Source: Octopus sinensis (taxonomy: Eukaryota). From it: a stretch of 28,756 bases of DNA. A model generated the notes under the pieces. That model was not told the origin of the DNA. It made no database searches and was given only the letters and a program-made list of their open reading frames with translations. Made by a program: the position numbers and the translations under genes. Positions 22,808 to 28,756 of this stretch are shown piece by piece. Position 1 is the stretch's first letter, and the number at the start of each line of letters is the position of its first letter. The DNA is taken from the NCBI RefSeq assembly GCF_006345805.1, contig NW_021833220.1, positions 1 through 28,756 on the forward strand, given 5' to 3'.

Positions 22808-25800
22808 TCATAGGACTATGCTCAAGGTGGCTTCGTCATTCATACGTGCCATTCTTGCTACATTCACCCACTCTTTTTTTAAAACATTCGCTAGACAAAA
22901 CTTGCCTCTCTACTCTCACTTTCCTTCAAGTGGTACTTGAAGAAGTTGATCAGAGATTGACCAGAGAGGAAAGTGTTTGTCTCCAATCCTTTCAGACGCG
23001 TCCACCAGATACATTCTTTCGCCATAGCCACAAGGATGATGAAAATAGCTTCCTTCCCGTTTGAAGGAAGGAGGCGTGACAATATTGACGATAGACTCAG
23101 CTGATAAACCGACTCGTCCCACACGTGACAGCAGTTGTTCGACATAAGCCCACAGGTCGGAAATTGTTGGACACTGAACGAGTGCGTGCAGAACGGTTTC
23201 GTCGCTCTGACCGCATCTCGGGCAGGTCGGCCCCGTGTTTCTCGAGCCGTGTCTGTAGAGCTTATCCCGAACGGGTAGCGCTTCTCGGTAGCACTGCCAG
23301 GCCAGGGATCTCTGGAAGTTGTCCATGGGCCCTGGCCCGAAAGTCGTCCCGAACAGGCGGGTCAGGTACTCCTCGTCGACGTCCAGGTTCGCCCCGAGCT
23401 CGTCGTCGTACCTCCCCTCCACTAAACCCCTATAGAATGCTTTGGTTGTGTTGAAGTCACTTAAGGTCGACCCAGGACGGCAGAGTTGCTTGAGAGCAAC
23501 GCGACACTCGCGGTGCCATTCGCCCTTCCTCGGCCTCTTTTTGATCCACGACTGCAGTTCGGTCATGGAGACGAGCTGCGGGAAAGCGTGCCTCACAAAC
23601 GGCGACCACACCTGTTCACCGTCGTCTACATAGAGCCAGAGATGTCGCAGTCTCAGCGCGTGTCTGCGCATCATCAACCACGGCATGCCCAGCCCTCCTT
23701 TTAACGGGGTGTTGACAGCAAATGGATCGCCTGACCATCGGGACGCATCCTTTCCACAAGAAGCGAAAGAGGATGCGTTGTAGTTTGGTGATGGTAGGGT
23801 CGGGACAGGTACGACGGTCAGGCGGTAGTAGATGACGGACGCGATGTACGTGTTCGCCACCTCCGCTCGACCTTTTAGGACAGTTTCCTCTCGGCCCATT
23901 GCCGGGCGAGAGTGACCACCCTACTCGTTATCTCGTTCCAGTTCTTCTCCACTTGGAGGTCCGGACCGAACCAGACCCCGAGCAACTCAACCGGGCCGTC
24001 GGTCCAGCGTCCCACGACGGAGGCGCTGGTGGACGGCATGGGCTTGCTTCTCCAGGTGCCTAGTCGCAAGCCCACTGACTTTTCCCGGTTGATTTTCGCT
24101 CCTGTCACCGCTTCGTAGTTTTTCAGTGTCTCGCCGACCAGCTCGATGTGCTCGTGGCTAGACACTATGACGGTGACGTCGTCCGCGTATGCAGACACGC
24201 TCGTCCCGCATCCCAATTCTCGCGGGATGCCCTTAGAGTCGCCAGCTTCCGCCGCAGTAGTGGCTCAAGAGTCAATACGTATAGAAGCGCCGAGAGGGGG
24301 CATCCCTGACGGACCGAACGTGCAATGTCGAAAGGTCTCGATAGATGTCCATTTACGCGAATTACCGAACGGATGCCTCTGTACAAGCAGCTATCCAGCC
24401 GCGGAAGACGGGACCGAAACCAGCCGCTCTCAGGACTGCCTCCAAGTATCGATGGTCTACCCTATCAAAGGCTTTCGATTGATCCAAGTGATCAGGGCCC
24501 CACCCATGCCAGGTTCGTTAACTACCCTGTCTATGATGTAGCGCATCAGATGGAGGTTGTCATGGATGGTCCGGCCTGGCACGGCGCATGTTTGCGCCTT
24601 GTCGACCAGTTCTCGATGACAAGCGCCAACCTCTTGGCTAGCACCTTGGCCAAAATTTCAAGTCTGCATTAAGCAGAGTGATGGGCCTAAAGTTATCTAT
24701 TACATTTCCTTGTTTAGATCTTTCTTCAGCAGTGTTACGGCTCCTCGGCTCACAAAACAGGAATGCTCCCGTTTTGCTGCCAGTTGCAGTACACCGCCGC
24801 CAAGAGATCTCCAAACAAGTCTGGCATACAACTGTAAAGCTCGTAGGGTAGACCATCCAAACCCGGTGATTTGTCCCTCGAGCATTCTGCCATCGCTTCC
24901 CGCACTTCCGCCGCCGTGATGGCACCTTCGCAGCACCCTGCCTTTCTTGTCGAGAGTCGTGGTAGGCTATGTAGGTAGGCACTGAAGTCCACCCTACGTT
25001 CTTGCCCTCCACTCGTTCCGAACAGTCGGGCAAAATGCTGCTGAAAGGCCTCACACACATTTTACTTGGCTCGAGCAATTCGCGCCCCTGTTCATCTACC
25101 AGTGACCGAATGGTGGCTTTGTTGCCCTGTTGCGCCTCTGCCACCCGGGCCTCTCTCGCGGCTCCAACACCTTCGTTCCTTAGAGCACGCATCCTAGCTC
25201 TGACAGCACATCCTTCGTGTTTGGCGTTGAAGTGTTGGTCGAGGGCCAACCTCGCCGCCAAAACGTCGGATGCGATGCCGCTTCTAATTGCCTCTTCTAG
25301 CTTCTTAACTAGCTCACCCTCTACTCTATTTCTATCTATGGCTAGTGCTTTGCTGTACCTAATCGCTTCTGCTTTTACTGCTCTCTTGAGGGCAAACCAC
25401 CATTTGTTGTTGATGATGGCTCCCGTCAAAGCCCTCTTTACTAGTGTGCTAATCCGGTCTCTGAAAACTTGTCTCGATGGGAAAGACGCGTTTAGTTTCC
25501 AGTATCCGGGACCCTGCCTAAGTGTCTTACCTAAGTCTAGCGTACATGTCACAAGTTTGTGATCCGTGTAGCTGACTATGTGGAATTGTGGACATCCTAT
25601 GCTATCTCTATCTACTGTCCTACACAGTATCCTATCTAGATACGATCTCGACGACCCGATGCGGTTGCTCCATGTCCACGTTGGCGCATTCGGGTGGTCT
25701 AGTCGGAACCTGTCAGACAGTTGAAAGCGTCTGAGCAGGTCTCTAGGCATTTGCATCCCCGTCTATTCCTATCTCTACCCACGTAGTCTACATGCGTGTC

Positions 25801-26237
25801 CAAGGTAGCATTCCAATCCCCCACTAAGAGTAAAGGACGAGACGTTCCCAAGAAAACTTCTAGACGTTGAAAGAAATCCGCCCGACCTGTTAAGGGCGGT
25901 GCGTAAACTGATACGAGTCGAAAAGCGCACCCATTGCTGCCGTCGACATCCAGGACGACCAGTCTACCCTCCGGGTCTACGAATATTGTTCTTACATTGA
26001 GATCCAGACTCTTGTGTAAAAGTACCGCGGTGCCACTACCGCCCATTCTCGGCAGACAGGGGGAAAAATAAATGTTGAACTGTCCGCCAAACATGGTCTT
26101 TAGGGCCCGCGGATTGTGGAGTCTGGTCTCGCTTATGGCTATGATTTCTAACTTATGTGACTTTATGTCATTTAAGAGGTACCCTTGTTTCCAAGGGGAC
26201 CCCAAGCACGCGCATTTACACAACCAATCTTGATCAT
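22808..26237 (-). pseudogene. LINE ORF2 (APE endonuclease + reverse transcriptase + CCHC), about 1140 aa once frameshifts are bridged
   Basis: Stitched from ORF-track pieces 25699-26223, 24638-25756, 24750-25058, 24165-24386, 23875-24216, 22916-23899 and 22891-23145. Start MIKIGCVNAR at ATG 26237; end ...VNVARMARMNDEATLSIVL* with TGA at 22810-22808. About 16 small indels, no in-frame stop seen. Confidence 0.9.
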
Positions 26238-27456
26238 AGTTCTAATGAATTAGAATACAGAGGGTTACTTACTGCTCGAAAGTTTTTGCTTTCTCCTCCG
26301 TTGGTTTGTCCTCGAGAAGATCCCAGTACAGTTTCTTTGTGAGATTTTTTGGCATTTACCAACCGCACTGGGGAAAATGCCTTTGAGTGTGTGGTGCAGA
26401 CTTTTGGAGATGTTAATATTTTGATGTGGTCTGGTGGTGTTGTGTATGGGTGATTGTTTGTTTTTATGTCATCTTCTGTTATGTTTGTTTTTGATTGGAT
26501 GTATTCCATCAAATTTGTGTTTTTGGTGTCTATGGCTGTGAGCATGTTTGCTGTAATGTTTTGTTGGTGTTGTTGGTGTGGCTGTTGTTTGCGTTGGGTT
26601 TTGAAATGTCTTCGGGAGATGTATTTCCCCCTGCTTTGTTCGTGTGTTTGCATTTGGTTTGTTGTTGTGTTTCTGCTCTTATTTTCCTTCTTTTTGTAGC
26701 TATTTGCCATTCCTCACTGGTTTCGTCTTCCGACGAAATTTCTGAGGAATCAGAAGGGGGTAGGGGTAATGTTGTGGGCTTCTATGTATGTCTGTGTAAG
26801 TGGTTGTGTTGTTGTTTTCGTTGTTGTTGGTTGTTGAGTGTTTGTGTGTGTTGAGTGCGGTATAAGGGATGGGGGATATCAGTGTGTGGTGTTTCTTTGT
26901 TTTCTGTTTCCTTTGGGTTTTGCTGTTGATGGTGGTGTTGGTATATTTTTTCAGGGTGTCGAGTGGTTTTTGGTTGATGACGGATTAGCTTGGTGTGCTT
27001 CTCTTGTCGTCTTCTCTGTGGTTGATGGTGGTGGGGTGTAGGTAGTAGAGCTTTTTTCCGGAGTGCTTTGGTTGTGGTAGTGGTTGTTGTTGTTGTCTGG
27101 GTGTGCAGTGTTGGGCACGTCTTTTTCAAGTGTGTTTCGCTTCCACACAAATAGCAGCGTGGTCGCCTGCCCTCTACCACTATATAGAGTTTGTAGCCTC
27201 CTGGCAGTTCTATAGCGTGGGTATCTTCTCTCTTGCTGCTTCATCCAATTGAAGCAGGAATTCGATTGATTTGCCCACATAGTCTTTCTCTCCTAGAACC
27301 GCGATTTCCAGGATGTTTGTCTCTGACATTGTCTCTGACATTTCAAAGCAGATGGCAGAGACCAACCATTGTGTTTCGACATCAAATGGTATGTTTTTTA
27401 TTTGGACTTTCGTGACCCTTTTGTTTAAATAGACTGGTATCATTACCAAGTCGTCC
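26234..27456 (-). pseudogene. LINE ORF1 (gag-like, zinc knuckle), N-terminus missing, frameshifted
   Basis: ...DDLVMIPVYLNKRVTKVQIKNIPFDV..., 1-nt frameshift near 27210, then IELPGGYKLYIVVEGRRPRCYLCGSETHLKKTC (knuckle at 27115-27156), followed by a T/Q/H/P/K-rich low-complexity tail ending in TGA at 26236-26234. Confidence 0.8.
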
Positions 27457-27457
27457 G

Positions 27458-27458
27458 A

Positions 27459-27552
<94 letters not shown>

Positions 27553-27627
27553 TGATAGATATGTAGGTAGATAGATAAATAGATAGATAGATGAATGAAT
27601 AGATCAATAGCTAGCTAGCTAGCTCGC

Positions 27628-27704
<77 letters not shown>

Positions 27705-27759
27705 GGATGGATGGATAGATCAATATATAGGTAGATATATAGATAGACGGATCGGTAGG

Positions 27760-27858
<99 letters not shown>

Positions 27859-27880
27859 CAAACAGACAGATAGATAGACA
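27458..27880. repeat. (GATA)n with embedded (TAGC)n at the LINE 5' junction
   Basis: Direct inspection. Confidence 0.95.
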
Positions 27881-28269
27881 GCTCGGTTTGGAGACATATA
27901 AAGAGGTAAAGAGATAACGTAACAGATGGGAATCAACGCTACTCTATACATATACAGAAAGATGGGATGATGGAATGATAGAAAATCATATAACTGATGG
28001 CAGAGATCTGGGAATGAGCCATAATAAAACAGAAGGAAATATGATGTGAGATGCACACAGACAGACGTACACATTCACAGATACACACATAAGCACACAC
28101 ACACACACAGACACACACGTCCATATTATCATCCGCCGATAATCACAATAAATGTGCAAGTTAAAGGAAAACAGAAAATAAATAGTAAATAATAGAAAAA
28201 AAAATTGTTCCAATGTTTCCAAAACAAAGTGGAAGAATTCAAAATTCAAGAAACGAAAACCCATTAATT

Positions 28270-28307
28270 TGTAAACATACATACATACATACATGCATAC
28301 ATACATA

Positions 28308-28370
<63 letters not shown>

Positions 28371-28469
28371 ATATTATATATATATATATATAGATATTAT
28401 ATATATGTAAGTATATATAGTATATATATTATATATATATACATATATGTATATGTATGTCTATGTATG

Positions 28470-28509
<40 letters not shown>

Positions 28510-28696
28510 CGTATGCATACATACGCCCATATCATATACATATATACATATGTAACATATGAAATATGAAATATGTGGTATAAGTCTGAGTATATATATG
28601 TTTGTGTGTCTAAATGTATGTATATTTTATATATATATATTATATTTATATATATATATTTATATATATATATATATTTATATATATTTTTATATA

Positions 28697-28754
<58 letters not shown>

Positions 28755-28756
28755 CG
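28270..28756. repeat. (TACA)n/(TA)n microsatellite
   Basis: Direct inspection. Confidence 0.95.

Larger units (their letters stand above)
22411..27457 (-). mobile_element. Tx1/L1-superfamily non-LTR retrotransposon, near full length, 5'-truncated inside ORF1
   Basis: ORF1 with CX2CX4HX4C knuckle. ORF2 with APE endonuclease (ISETRL, VYAP, GDWNA, YLDRI, TDHKLV), YWKLN, KSPGLDGLPYELY, FRPITLLN, RQGCPLS, YADD (24178-24189) and C-terminal CPRCGQSDETVLHALVQC (23171-23225). About 400-bp 3'UTR with AATAAA ending in (TATC)n. Both ends abut (GATA)n. Confidence 0.95.

Noticed and set aside
23125-25562. Plus-strand ORFs antisense to LINE ORF2 (e.g. 25002-25562, 24146-24541, 23125-23454)
   Set aside because: Shadow ORFs of GC-rich coding sequence; no motifs.
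26454-27041. Hydrophobic or Cys-rich plus-strand ORFs resembling membrane proteins
   Set aside because: Antisense translation of the A/C-rich ORF1 tail.

Overview
AT-rich, microsatellite-saturated eukaryotic non-coding DNA. The SINE repertoire suggests an octopus or related cephalopod genome (inference), and the window may lie inside a large intron-rich gene on the minus strand. No complete host gene is present. Contents: (i) a ~5 kb, 5'-truncated but apparently young Tx1-clade LINE at 22411-27457 (minus; ORF1 with CCHC knuckle; ORF2 with APE endonuclease, RT and C-terminal CCHC), plus three older 3'-end fragments of the same family, all four in (GATA)n/(TATC)n context; (ii) a complete 1275-bp Tc1-like transposon with TIRs, TA duplication and DD36E catalytic spacing; (iii) a decayed Hsmar1-like mariner; (iv) many copies of two tRNA-derived SINE families, one of which has seeded a six-unit tandem satellite; (v) a short Helitron, a hAT-like MITE, a 60-bp GC-rich minisatellite and a hammerhead-like motif; (vi) two candidate phase-compatible minus-strand exons. 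Most ORFs in the supplied track are microsatellite artefacts. The best candidate for an undescribed system is a (GATA)n-targeting Tx1 retrotransposon family.
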